Source of the DNA: an uncultured Erysipelotrichaceae bacterium
GTDB taxonomy: Bacteria; Bacillota_I; Bacilli_A; RF39; UBA660
Length of the DNA stretch: 53,756 nt
Assembly (NCBI GenBank): GCA_902783215.1
Contig: CACZQD010000066.1
Coordinates: forward strand, 1-53,756
Direction of reading: 5' to 3'
Shown: positions 18,669-28,654 of the stretch, one piece after another
How positions within the stretch are numbered: the stretch's first letter is position 1
Layout of the letters: each line of letters opens with the position of its first letter
The notes under the pieces: model-generated
Database searches by the model: none
Told to the model about the DNA's origin: nothing
What the model saw: the letters and a program-made list of their open reading frames with translations, nothing else
Made by a program: the position numbers and the translations under genes

Positions 18669-18698
18669 TTGAAATGAGTTTTTAAAATATGCTATAAT
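18669..18698 (+). promoter_or_regulatory. Putative sigma-A promoter of thyX-tmk
   Basis: TTGAAA, 18 nt, TATAAT, with an extended -10 TG. Confidence 0.5.
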
Positions 18699-18750
18699 GA
18701 GATTGTAAGAGAATAGATAGGGAGAATATCATATATGAGGGAGGATTTTT

Positions 18751-19950
18751 ATGGATAATAATATTAAAATTGATATTTTACCTAATCATTTTAAAAAGTT
18801 AGATGGTACATTTGATAAAGATGAAGCTATCAAGTTTTGTGGAAGAATTGCTGGGGTTTGTTATAATCGAGAAGGTTATTATAAATTAGAAAATGAACCA
18901 ATTGAAAGAACAATGCGTCGAGTTGATTTAACACTTAATAATGGTCATCATAGTGTATATGATCATGTTCTATTAAACTTTAATTTACAAAATATTCCTA
19001 AATTACTTGCTATGGTAATTAATAATGAAAAGCAATATACAACTTCTGAAAAATCTGCTCGTTATACACCAGTAGAAAGAAAGGATAATTCACCTATATC
19101 TGAACAAGAAGAGCAATTATATAATAAATGGTTAAAATTATTTGAAGTTAAGATAAAAGATAGATATGGTTATATATATAATGATGCTAAAATACATAAA
19201 TTAGCTCAAGAAAATGCTCGTTACTTAGTAACAGTTTTTATGCCAACACAAATGATTTATACAACTACTTTTAGACAAATAAATTATATTGCTTCGTGGA
19301 TGGATGAATATATTAAAACAGCTAATATGAATGATTATTTAGAAAAAACATTAGCTACCTCTATGGCTGAATTTATTGATTGCTTATTTGAATTAAATGT
19401 TTTAGATGAAGGTTTATTAAAAAATGAAAAACATCGTACTATTTCATTATTTGGTAAAGATTTAAAAGAAAAAGAAAATTATTTTGGGGATGTTTATACA
19501 ACAACGTATCAAACATCTTGGGCTTGTTTAGCGCAAGCACATCGTCACCGTTCATTAGATTATCAAATGGAAATGAATACTGAATTTAGTTGTTTTATAC
19601 CACCAATTATTGAGGATGATAATTCTCTAGTAATGGAATGGTTAGCTGATATGGAAAAAGTTAAAAATGTTCATCCACAAGGAGAATTAGTAACAGTTAA
19701 TGAAAGAGGATCTTATGATAAATTCATTTTAAAATGCAAAGAAAGATTATGCTCTGCAGCTCAATTAGAAATTCAACAACAAACTAAAGAAACATTAATG
19801 AAATATAAGAACGCTTTAGAAAATAATAACCATCCATTAGCTTCAGATATTAAAAAATATTCATATGGTGCGAGATGTACTTTCCCTGACTTTGAATGTA
19901 GTCAAGATTGTCATTTCGTTGAAGGAAAAAAATTAATAAGGAAAATATAA
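18751..19950 (+). CDS. thyX: Flavin-dependent thymidylate synthase-like protein, double-length (tandem ThyX folds)
   Basis: Half 1 has GHHSVYDH and SARY but lacks RHR. Half 2 has AHRHRS and AAQLEIQQQ (compare T. maritima ThyX RHR...SGRY and HAQWEIQQ). Confidence 0.7.
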   Translation: MDNNIKIDILPNHFKKLDGTFDKDEAIKFCGRIAGVCYNREGYYKLENEPIERTMRRVDLTLNNGHHSVYDHVLLNFNLQNIPKLLAMVINNEKQYTTSEKSARYTPVERKDNSPISEQEEQLYNKWLKLFEVKIKDRYGYIYNDAKIHKLAQENARYLVTVFMPTQMIYTTTFRQINYIASWMDEYIKTANMNDYLEKTLATSMAEFIDCLFELNVLDEGLLKNEKHRTISLFGKDLKEKENYFGDVYTTTYQTSWACLAQAHRHRSLDYQMEMNTEFSCFIPPIIEDDNSLVMEWLADMEKVKNVHPQGELVTVNERGSYDKFILKCKERLCSAAQLEIQQQTKETLMKYKNALENNNHPLASDIKKYSYGARCTFPDFECSQDCHFVEGKKLIRKI

Positions 19951-20615
19951 TGAATGGTAAACTAATAGTTATGGAAGGATCTGGTGATGGAGTTGGTAAA
20001 TCTACTCAGTGTAACCTATTAAAAGAACAACTTCAAAAAGAAAATAAACAGATTTATTTTCATCATTTTCCTTCATATAATACATATCAAGGTAGTTTAG
20101 TAGAACACTATCTTCGAGGTGATTTGGGTTTGCCTCAAGATTTATCACCATACTTTATTAATTCTTTGTATGCTGTAGACAGGGCAATTACTTGGAAAAC
20201 ATTACTAAAAAAAGAATATGAGAGTGGTAAATATGTTTTATTAGATCGTTATACCACATCTAGTTTAATATATCAATCATCATTATTAAAAAGTATTCAA
20301 GATAAAAAAGAATTTATTGATTATGTTTTAGATTTTGAATACAATAAATTAAAAATAAAAGAGCCTGATAAAGTTATATTTTTACATGTTCCATTTGAAT
20401 TAACCAATGAGCTTCGAAATGAAAGAAAAAACAATGATGGAATAGAAAATGATATTCATGAAAGTAATTTAGATTATTTAAAACAAATATACGAAACATC
20501 ATTATTTATAGCTGAATATTTAAATTGGGATAAGGTTGAATGTTCTAAAGATAATAAGATGAAAGCAATTGATGATATTCATCAAAAAGTATATAGTTTA
20601 GTTAAATCCGAATAA
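19950..20615 (+). CDS. tmk: Thymidylate kinase-like (dTMP kinase family)
   Basis: P-loop EGSGDGVGKST and DRY motif (LLDRYTTSS). The start overlaps the thyX stop (TAATG). Confidence 0.7.
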   Translation: MNGKLIVMEGSGDGVGKSTQCNLLKEQLQKENKQIYFHHFPSYNTYQGSLVEHYLRGDLGLPQDLSPYFINSLYAVDRAITWKTLLKKEYESGKYVLLDRYTTSSLIYQSSLLKSIQDKKEFIDYVLDFEYNKLKIKEPDKVIFLHVPFELTNELRNERKNNDGIENDIHESNLDYLKQIYETSLFIAEYLNWDKVECSKDNKMKAIDDIHQKVYSLVKSE

Positions 20616-20630
20616 TTCGGATTTTTGTTT
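20604..20630 (+). terminator. Rho-independent terminator after tmk
   Basis: aaatccgaa/ttcggattt stem spans the stop codon and is followed by a T-run. Confidence 0.7.
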
Positions 20631-20673
20631 TCTTTTATTAAATATTATGATATAATTTATATGAGAATATGAG

Positions 20674-22818
20674 GTGGTTAAATTGAAGAAACAATCTAAA
20701 GAAATGCTTTTTTTACTAGTAGGATTATTATTATTATTATTTTTATTTATATTTTATCATGTGTTGGATACTAGATCACTACACTTAGGAATATTATCTA
20801 ATGAATTTGTGGGATTTATTTTTTGTGTATGTATTTTAATTATTATATATTATTTAATTAATGGCGTGAATACAGTCGCACAAAAATTTGGTTATAATTA
20901 TAAAGAAAAAATGTTTAATTCTTTAGTAAAATCAAGTGATACTATATATATTATGTATGATTATGAACAAAATAAATTATTGTATTTAACTAATAATGTT
21001 AATCGAGTATTAGAAGATTCTGATAAAGATGATGAACAATTAGAAATAGAAAAATTAAAAAAATTATTTGATTTATCATCAGTTTTAAATCAAATAAATG
21101 ATTGGGATAAAAAATCTAATTTTGTAAGTCAAATGATATCATATCGTTCAAGTTCTTATCAACAAAATAGGTGGCTTAAAATTCAAATATATCCTATTAA
21201 GGATAAGAAAAAATTATATTATATAGTTTTAATTTCAGATGTAACAAAAGATCATCTTCATCAGCACTTCCTAATATCACAAGCAAGTGATATTAAATCT
21301 AGAGAAAAGAAATTAAATCAAATAACAGCTAATGTATATGATACAGAATTAGATGTTAATTTAGAAACAGGTTTATCTAACTTTATTGATTTAAAACATC
21401 AAAAAGAATATGATGAAAACTTAACTCATCAATATGAAGAAGATTTAGCAAATAATATTTTAAAAAACATATCAAGTGAGGATAAAGTAAAAGTAGGCAA
21501 TCTATTATCTTTAGAAAATTTAAAAAGTATTACTTCTGATGAGCCAATTACTATTCGTTATACATTAAAAAATAAAGAAGAAAAGATATGGTTAGAGAGT
21601 ACAGTTTTCTTTACTTCTAATAAAAATGAAAAATATGCCTCTATATTAACAAAAAATGTAACCGAAGATGCTGAAAACGTACGTAAACAAAATATAATGT
21701 TAACTAATGCTTTAGAAAGCGCAAAAAAAGCAAGTGAAGCTAAAACTGAATTTGTAAAAACAGTATCGCATTCCATAAGAACACCTATGACAGCTATTAT
21801 GGGATTAAGTGAAACAATATTAGAAGAAAAATTAAGCAAAGAAATAAAAGAAGATGTTCAAGATATTCATAATGCAAGTGAAAATATATTAAGTGTTATT
21901 GATGAATTATTAGATATTGAGAAAGTAGAAAGTGGTAAAATAACAGTCGAAAATAAAGAATATAATATTGATGAAGTTATTAAAAATGTTTTAAATATAA
22001 CTAAACAAAATATTCATGAAAAAGATATTAAAATTAAATTAAAAGTTAATAAAAATATACCTAATACCTTAAAAGGGGATAGTAATAAAATTACTCAAAT
22101 ACTTTTAAATCTTTTAGATAATGCTGTTAAATTTACTGATCAAGGATCAATTATTATTGGAGCAGACTGTGAAAGAATAAATTCTAAAGCTAAAATTACT
22201 ATGTATATTCAAGATACAGGAATAGGCATGACTAGTGAAGAAATAGATAATTTGATTAAAGATACAAATAATAATAGAGGATTAACTATTACAAGTAAAA
22301 TAGTTAAAGCTTTAAAAGGTCAAATGGATATCTATAGTAAAGAAGGAATGGGTACACGTGTTACTGTTACGTTAGATCAAGAAATAGTAGATGATAAACC
22401 AATAGGTAACATAAATGAAATACAAGATAAAGTAACAGAAGAAACAGTAAACTTTAAAGATAAAAAAGTATTGCTAGTAGATGATGATAAAATATCATTA
22501 AAAGTAACAACTAAATTCTTATCTAAATATGGTATAACAACTAAATCAGTAGTATCTGGTAAAGATGCTATTAAAGAAATAGAAAAGAATAATTATGATT
22601 TAATTCTTCTAGATCAAAAAATGCCAGATATGGATGGAATAACTACTTTAAAAGAAATGAAAAAAAGTAATGACTTTAATACTCCAGTTGTCGTATTAAC
22701 AGCTGATGCTATTAAGGGAGTTAAAGAAAAATATATTAATGAAGGATTTAATGATTATTTATCAAAACCAATTAATATGAAATACTTAACTCAAATATTA
22801 AAAAAATATTTAAAATAA
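20674..22818 (+). CDS. Hybrid sensor histidine kinase / response regulator
   Basis: N-terminal TM helices, H-box SHSIRTPMTAI, N/G boxes (LDNAVKFT, DTGIGM), C-terminal REC domain (LVDDDKISL...LDQKMPDMDG). The start is uncertain (GTG 20674, TTG 20683 or ATG 20704). Confidence 0.85.
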   Translation: MVKLKKQSKEMLFLLVGLLLLLFLFIFYHVLDTRSLHLGILSNEFVGFIFCVCILIIIYYLINGVNTVAQKFGYNYKEKMFNSLVKSSDTIYIMYDYEQNKLLYLTNNVNRVLEDSDKDDEQLEIEKLKKLFDLSSVLNQINDWDKKSNFVSQMISYRSSSYQQNRWLKIQIYPIKDKKKLYYIVLISDVTKDHLHQHFLISQASDIKSREKKLNQITANVYDTELDVNLETGLSNFIDLKHQKEYDENLTHQYEEDLANNILKNISSEDKVKVGNLLSLENLKSITSDEPITIRYTLKNKEEKIWLESTVFFTSNKNEKYASILTKNVTEDAENVRKQNIMLTNALESAKKASEAKTEFVKTVSHSIRTPMTAIMGLSETILEEKLSKEIKEDVQDIHNASENILSVIDELLDIEKVESGKITVENKEYNIDEVIKNVLNITKQNIHEKDIKIKLKVNKNIPNTLKGDSNKITQILLNLLDNAVKFTDQGSIIIGADCERINSKAKITMYIQDTGIGMTSEEIDNLIKDTNNNRGLTITSKIVKALKGQMDIYSKEGMGTRVTVTLDQEIVDDKPIGNINEIQDKVTEETVNFKDKKVLLVDDDKISLKVTTKFLSKYGITTKSVVSGKDAIKEIEKNNYDLILLDQKMPDMDGITTLKEMKKSNDFNTPVVVLTADAIKGVKEKYINEGFNDYLSKPINMKYLTQILKKYLK

Positions 22819-22912
22819 TTATTAAAAGTGTTAGTGAACTCATTAATACTTTTTCATTACAATATTAATTGAAAAATACTTAAGAATATAGTAAAATGAA
22901 GATGGTGATTTT

Positions 22913-23968
22913 ATGGAATATATTATTATAGGGTTATTAGTTATTGTTATTATTTTATTAGTTATAGTTATATTTAAAAAAGGTAATAATGATGTAGTTG
23001 AGAAGGTTAGTTCTTTAGAGATTGATATGATTAAAGAATTAAATAATTTTAATAATAATTTAAATAAAGATTTTAATGATATGAATGATAAAATTGATCA
23101 TAAATTAAATCATATTAATGATAAGGTAAATGAAAGATTAGATGAGAATTTTGAAAGAACTAATAAAACATTTACGAATGTCTTAGAAAGATTATCTAAA
23201 ATAGATGAGGCTCAGAAAAAGATTGATCATTTATCTAGTGATATTGTTTCATTACAGGGTATTTTAACTGATAAAAAAACTAGAGGTATCTTTGGTGAGG
23301 TTAATTTAAATCATATTTTAACTAATATTTTTGGACCTAATAATGATAAAGTATATAAGATGCAATATCCATTTTCTAATGGGACTATTGTTGATTGTGC
23401 CTTATTTGCTCCAGAACCTTTAGGTTTAATTGGTATTGATTCTAAATTTCCTTTAGAAAATTATCAAATAATGGTTGATAAAAACAATAATGTGGCTACT
23501 AGAAAACAAGCTGAAAAATTATTTAAAGGTGATATGAAAAAACATATTGATGCGATTAGTAGTAAATATATTATTCCAGGTGAGACTAGTGAACAGGCTA
23601 TTATGTTTTTACCAGCTGAAGCTATTTTTGCTGAGATTAATGCTTATCATAATGATATTGTTGATTATGCTTATAAAAAGAAAGTATGGATTACTTCCCC
23701 AACAACTTTAATTAGTACTTTAACAACTATTCAAGTTATTATTAAGAATTTAGAGAGAGATAAATATGCTAAAGTTATTCATAATGAATTAAGACTTTTA
23801 GATGTTGAATTTAAACGTTATAAAGATCGTTGGGATAAATTATATCGTAGTATTGAAACAGTTAGTAAAGATGTTAAGGATATTCATACTACTACTGATA
23901 AGATTACCAAAAGATTTGATAGTATTAATCAGGTAGAGATTGAGGAAATTGATTATGAAACACAGTGA
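22913..23968 (+). CDS. rmuC: DNA recombination protein RmuC
   Basis: N-terminal TM helix, a coiled coil, and an RmuC nuclease-like C-terminal region (FGEVNLNHIL, SKFPLENY, MFLPAEAIF). Confidence 0.85.
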   Translation: MEYIIIGLLVIVIILLVIVIFKKGNNDVVEKVSSLEIDMIKELNNFNNNLNKDFNDMNDKIDHKLNHINDKVNERLDENFERTNKTFTNVLERLSKIDEAQKKIDHLSSDIVSLQGILTDKKTRGIFGEVNLNHILTNIFGPNNDKVYKMQYPFSNGTIVDCALFAPEPLGLIGIDSKFPLENYQIMVDKNNNVATRKQAEKLFKGDMKKHIDAISSKYIIPGETSEQAIMFLPAEAIFAEINAYHNDIVDYAYKKKVWITSPTTLISTLTTIQVIIKNLERDKYAKVIHNELRLLDVEFKRYKDRWDKLYRSIETVSKDVKDIHTTTDKITKRFDSINQVEIEEIDYETQ

Positions 23969-24710
23969 TCGATTATATAGTTATAATGAAATAAACAATG
24001 ATAAATTAAGAGAGTTTTCGGAAGGTAGTGAATCACTTTACCAATTATTAAAGTATTGTTATGATCATAAAATATATACGCATGCATGTTGTAAAGGACA
24101 CGAAAATGAAATATCTAAACCATATATTTCTTTCTATGTTACTGATAAAGAACAAATGAGTTCATTAATAGATGATGTGATGAATAATTATGAATCGGAA
24201 AGTTTTGCTTGTGAAATAACTAATTTTGATCGTCTTAGATTAGGTATTTATTGTCTTGGTTTAGAGAATAGAGATTACTTTTTTGATTTAATTACTAATT
24301 CGCTTAAAAATATTAAAAGTAATAGTAATTATAACAAATTATTTGAATTAAATGACTTTTTAAAAAATTATGGCAATAAATTATTTACAATTGATATTCA
24401 AAATGAGTTTATTGAATTATCTAATCCTATATATAAAAAAATAATTATTGAAAATGGAAAAGAAATATATACTAATGACAAACCATCATCAGGCGATATG
24501 GTATATCAAGTTGATAATCGGAAGTTTTATTTACCTGATGATATTGGAGATGGTGGTATAAAGGAAGGACAGATCGTTAGAGATAAAGATATTTTTAAAA
24601 ATGATATTGAACTTCCTTGTTCTATTATTATTTCTAATGAATTTGTTGATGAATTTTATAATAAAGTTAATCAATATATGAATAGTCATAAAAAAGAAGA
24701 TATACTTTAA
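23955..24710 (+). CDS. Hypothetical protein, translationally coupled to rmuC
   Basis: The ATG at 23955 overlaps the rmuC 3' end by 14 nt. The only motif I noticed is a Cys/His cluster (THACCKGHENE). No family recognised. Confidence 0.5.
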   Translation: MKHSDRLYSYNEINNDKLREFSEGSESLYQLLKYCYDHKIYTHACCKGHENEISKPYISFYVTDKEQMSSLIDDVMNNYESESFACEITNFDRLRLGIYCLGLENRDYFFDLITNSLKNIKSNSNYNKLFELNDFLKNYGNKLFTIDIQNEFIELSNPIYKKIIIENGKEIYTNDKPSSGDMVYQVDNRKFYLPDDIGDGGIKEGQIVRDKDIFKNDIELPCSIIISNEFVDEFYNKVNQYMNSHKKEDIL

Positions 24711-24806
24711 AAAATATATAAATTATGTGGATACATGATTTATATTTTTTTTATAAAAAGGAAAATGAAAACTTTTATCGAATAATATAGATGAAAGGAG
24801 AATTTC

Positions 24807-25625
24807 ATGAATGTTATTAATGAATATACAGATAAAATATTTGAAGAAATAAAACATATAGATGAAGAGGGCAATGAATATTGGTTATCAAGAGAATTAC
24901 AACAAGTTTTGGAATATACACAGTGGAGAAGATTTGCAAGTGTAATTGAAAAGGCAAAAAAAGCTTGTGATAATTCAAAAATAAATATTAATGATCATTT
25001 TGCCTATGTTGGCAAAACGATAAAAATGCCAAAGGGTGCAACAAAAAAAGTTGCAGATTTTAAATTGTCAAGATATGCATGTTATCTGATTGTTCAAAAT
25101 GCAGATCCGAGAAAAAAGTTTATTGCTTTGGGTCAAACTTATTTTGCTATTCAAACAAGAAAACAAGAATTGATTGACACGGAATATAGTAAAATGACAG
25201 AAGAAGAAAAAAGATTTTATCAACGAGATTTAACTAAAAAAGGAAATTATTCTTTAAATATTACTGCTAAGAATGCAGGAGTTAAGAATTTTGATAAATT
25301 TCATAATGCGGGATATAAGGGATTATATAATGGAGAAACTGCCAATGATATTGCACAAAGAAAGAATTTAAGATATAGAGAAGATATATTGGATAATATG
25401 TGTAGTGAAGAATTAATTGCAAATTTGTTTAGAATCTCTTTAACTGAACAAAAATTGAAAAATGAGAAAGTTAAACTAGGTAAAGAAGCTAATCAAGCAC
25501 ATTATGAAGTGGGGCAAGATATTAGAAAAACTATAAAAAAACAAGGTGGGACATTACCAGAAGAATTTCCCACACCAACTAAAAGTTTAAAGGAGTTGGA
25601 ACACAATATAAATAAATTTGATTAA
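24807..25625 (+). CDS. dinD: DNA-damage-inducible protein D
   Basis: Colinear with E. coli DinD as I recall it (LSRYACYLIVQNADPRK, GQTYFAIQTRKQEL, ELIANLFR, GGTLPEEFPTP). Confidence 0.85.
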   Translation: MNVINEYTDKIFEEIKHIDEEGNEYWLSRELQQVLEYTQWRRFASVIEKAKKACDNSKININDHFAYVGKTIKMPKGATKKVADFKLSRYACYLIVQNADPRKKFIALGQTYFAIQTRKQELIDTEYSKMTEEEKRFYQRDLTKKGNYSLNITAKNAGVKNFDKFHNAGYKGLYNGETANDIAQRKNLRYREDILDNMCSEELIANLFRISLTEQKLKNEKVKLGKEANQAHYEVGQDIRKTIKKQGGTLPEEFPTPTKSLKELEHNINKFD

Positions 25626-25668
25626 ATAGATTAAACGTGATAAAATGATTGAGACATTGGAGGAGTTT

Positions 25669-26397
25669 ATGGATTTAAAAGGGAAAGTAGCTTTAGTTAC
25701 TGGTTCTAGTCGTGGAATAGGAAAATCTATTATATTAGAATTAGCTAAAAGAGGATGTAACGTTATAATTAATTATATTCAAAACAAAGAATTAGCTTTA
25801 AATGTGAAGAAAGAAGTTAATAAATATAATGTTGAATCATTAGTTATTAAAGCTGATATTTCAAATGAAGAAGAAGTTAAAGATATGGTATCTCAAATTA
25901 TGATTGAATTTGGGCATATTGATATTTTAGTTAATAATGCTAGTATTGCTTTAGATAATTATTTAGAAGATAAAAGTGTGGAAGAATTTAAGAAAGTGAT
26001 TGATGTAAATTTAGTTGGGTCTTTTATTGTTAGTAAATTAGTGTCAGAGAAAATGACTGAAGGAACTATTATTAATATAGCATCTAATAATGGAATAGAC
26101 CAACAAACTACTTATAGCATTGATTATGATGCATCAAAAGCAGGTATTATTTCTTTAACTCATTCATTTGCTAGATCTTGTCCACATTTAAGAGTTAATG
26201 CTATCGCACCTGGTTGGATTAATACCGAACCAGTGTTAAGTATGAATCCTGATACTATAAATGAAGAAAAGAATAAGATTATTATGAATAGGTTTGGTCA
26301 GCCAGAGGAAGTAGCTAAATTAGTATGTTTTTTAGCAAGTGATGATGCTAGTTATATTAATGATAGTATTATTCGTATTGATGGAGGAATTAAGTAA
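25669..26397 (+). CDS. Short-chain dehydrogenase/reductase (FabG-like)
   Basis: TGSSRGIGKS cofactor loop, NNAS motif and catalytic YDASK. I chose the ATG at 25669 after RBS GGAGGA. Confidence 0.8.
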   Translation: MDLKGKVALVTGSSRGIGKSIILELAKRGCNVIINYIQNKELALNVKKEVNKYNVESLVIKADISNEEEVKDMVSQIMIEFGHIDILVNNASIALDNYLEDKSVEEFKKVIDVNLVGSFIVSKLVSEKMTEGTIINIASNNGIDQQTTYSIDYDASKAGIISLTHSFARSCPHLRVNAIAPGWINTEPVLSMNPDTINEEKNKIIMNRFGQPEEVAKLVCFLASDDASYINDSIIRIDGGIK

Positions 26398-27617
26398 TGG
26401 ATATAGAAAAATTAGTTGAAGAAAGTGAAAAAGAATTACAAAGTGAATTTAACTATTTAGATAAATTATGTTTTGATAATAGTTTAAAAGTTTTAGATGC
26501 TTTTAGAAAGTATAAAGTATCAACTACTCATTTTGAAGGCACTACGGGATATGGGTATAATGATTTAGGAAGAGATACAATTGAAAAAGTCTTTGCTTAT
26601 ATTTTAGATGGAGAAGATAGTTTAGTAAGAACACAATTAATATCGGGTACACACGCTATATCTACAGCTTTATTTGGTTGTTTAAGACCTAATGATTTAT
26701 TATTATCAGTTAGTGGAACTCCATATGATACTTTGCATGAAGTTATTGGTATTAAAGATAATGCTAGCTCATTAATTTCTTTTGGAATTAAGTATGATGA
26801 AATAGAATTAGTGGACAATGATTTTGATTATGATAAAATAAAAACATATATTGAAAATAATCAAGTAAAAGTATTATATGTTCAAAGATCTAAAGGTTAT
26901 TCAAATCGTAAGAGTATTAGTATTGATAAAATAAGTAATTTAGTTAAATTAGTTAAAAATATTGATAAAGATATTATTATTATGATTGATAATTGTTATT
27001 GCGAATTTGTAAGTTTAAAAACACCTTTAACAGTTGGTGCGGATATTATTATAGGTTCATTAATTAAAAACTTAGGTGGTGGTATTGCACCTAATGGAGG
27101 ATATATTGCTGGAAGAAAAGATTTAATTCATTTATGTAGTGAAAGACTTAATGTTGCTGGTGAAGCTAAGGAGGTTGGACCTAGTTTAGGTTTAAATAAA
27201 CAACTATTACAAGGATTATATAATGCTCCTAGTGTGGTTAATGCATCTTTAAAAACAGCTGTATTAACTAGTTTAGTTTTAGAAAAATTAGGATATGATG
27301 TTGAACCTAAATATAATGAAGATAGAGTAGACATTGTTCAAAGTATCATATTCAATAATAGTGAGAAACTAATTAAGTATTGTCAAGGAATACAAGCAGC
27401 ATCTGCAATTGATTCTTTTGCCTTGCCAATGCCTGATCCAATGCCTGGTTATGATGATAAAATTATTATGGCTAGTGGTTCATTTATTCAAGGGTCATCA
27501 ATTGAAATATCTTGTGATGGTCCAATTAGAAAACCATACATTGCTTATCAACAAGGATCTTTAACTTATGAATATGGTAAAATAGCATTGATAAGTGCTT
27601 TAAAAAATATTAAATAA
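26397..27617 (+). CDS. PLP-dependent Cys/Met-metabolism family protein (YnbB / 'aluminium resistance' family)
   Basis: GTTGYGYNDLGRDT...ISGTHAISTALFG matches the YnbB family. The start overlaps the SDR stop (TAATG). Confidence 0.8.
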   Translation: MDIEKLVEESEKELQSEFNYLDKLCFDNSLKVLDAFRKYKVSTTHFEGTTGYGYNDLGRDTIEKVFAYILDGEDSLVRTQLISGTHAISTALFGCLRPNDLLLSVSGTPYDTLHEVIGIKDNASSLISFGIKYDEIELVDNDFDYDKIKTYIENNQVKVLYVQRSKGYSNRKSISIDKISNLVKLVKNIDKDIIIMIDNCYCEFVSLKTPLTVGADIIIGSLIKNLGGGIAPNGGYIAGRKDLIHLCSERLNVAGEAKEVGPSLGLNKQLLQGLYNAPSVVNASLKTAVLTSLVLEKLGYDVEPKYNEDRVDIVQSIIFNNSEKLIKYCQGIQAASAIDSFALPMPDPMPGYDDKIIMASGSFIQGSSIEISCDGPIRKPYIAYQQGSLTYEYGKIALISALKNIK

Positions 27618-27620
27618 AAC

Positions 27621-27649
27621 TTGCATATATTTAAAATATATGGTATTAT
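27621..27649 (+). promoter_or_regulatory. Sigma-A promoter of rplS
   Basis: TTGCAT, 17 nt, TATTAT, with an extended -10 TG. The ~60-nt leader contains a gtgatc/gatcat hairpin. Confidence 0.55.
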
Positions 27650-27713
27650 TATTAACGTGATCCGCTGGGTTTATTATTTATGATCATAAATTATAGAAAG
27701 GAATGTGACAACA

Positions 27714-28082
27714 ATGAATTTAGTAGAAAAGATTACTAAAAAACAAATTAGAACTGATATTCCTGAGTTTCGTGTTGGTGATACTGTAAAAGTTAATCTT
27801 AAGATTGACGAAAAAGATTCTCGTGGAAATATCAAAACAAGAATTAAAGTTTATGAAGGACTTGTAATGGCTATTCAAGGTTCTGGAGTGAGTAAAACAT
27901 TTATCGTTAGAAAAGTTTCAGGTAATGTAGGAACTGAAAAAACTTTACCAGTTAATTCACCTCGTATTGATTCAATCGAAGTTGTAAGAAAAGGTAAAGT
28001 AAGACGTGCTAAATTAAATTATATTAGAAATGCAAAGAAAGCTCCTAAGATCAAAGAAAGAGCCGATAAGAAGGGAAAATAA
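27714..28082 (+). CDS. rplS: 50S ribosomal protein L19
   Basis: MNLVEKITKKQIRTDIPEFRVGDTVKV...VRKGKVRRAKLNYIR is canonical L19. Confidence 0.95.
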   Translation: MNLVEKITKKQIRTDIPEFRVGDTVKVNLKIDEKDSRGNIKTRIKVYEGLVMAIQGSGVSKTFIVRKVSGNVGTEKTLPVNSPRIDSIEVVRKGKVRRAKLNYIRNAKKAPKIKERADKKGK

Positions 28083-28083
28083 A

Positions 28084-28109
28084 AATAAGGCTATTTGTAG
28101 CCTTATTTT
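28084..28109 (+). terminator. Rho-independent terminator after rplS
   Basis: 10-bp stem aataaggcta/tagccttatt plus Ts. Confidence 0.7.
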
Positions 28110-28123
28110 GTTAGGTGATAAAT

Positions 28124-28648
28124 ATGGATGTTAAAAAATTTATTAAAGGAATAGTTCCTTATGCTTTTATTGTAGTATTTGTTATACTGTTTAGAACTTT
28201 TATTGCAACTCCTGTAGTTGTTGATGGACCATCAATGGATCCAACTTTAAAAAATGGTCAATTATTAATATTAAATAAAATACCAATTAAACATAAGCGT
28301 TTTGAAATAGTTGTTGTAAAAAAGAATATAAATGGTAAAAAGGAAAGATTAGTTAAAAGAATAATAGGTATGCCAGGAGAAAGTGTTGAATATAAACATA
28401 GAAAACTATATATAAATGGTGTTAAAGTAAAAGATAAATTTGCTAAAAATACAGAGAGGTTTATCATGTCAGATGTTTATGATAAGAAAAAAATACCCAA
28501 TGATTATTATTTTGTAATGGGTGATAATAGAGATGTATCTTTAGATAGTCGCGATCCATTAGTTGGTTTCATAAGTGAAGATGAAATAGTTGGTAATGCA
28601 GTCTTTAGAATATGGCCATTTAATAAGCTTGGTACTTTAGGGAAGTAG
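28124..28648 (+). CDS. lepB: Signal peptidase I
   Basis: S26 motifs DGPSMDPTL, VKRIIGMPGE and GDNRDVSLDSR. Confidence 0.9.
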   Translation: MDVKKFIKGIVPYAFIVVFVILFRTFIATPVVVDGPSMDPTLKNGQLLILNKIPIKHKRFEIVVVKKNINGKKERLVKRIIGMPGESVEYKHRKLYINGVKVKDKFAKNTERFIMSDVYDKKKIPNDYYFVMGDNRDVSLDSRDPLVGFISEDEIVGNAVFRIWPFNKLGTLGK

Positions 28649-28654
28649 TTTTAT

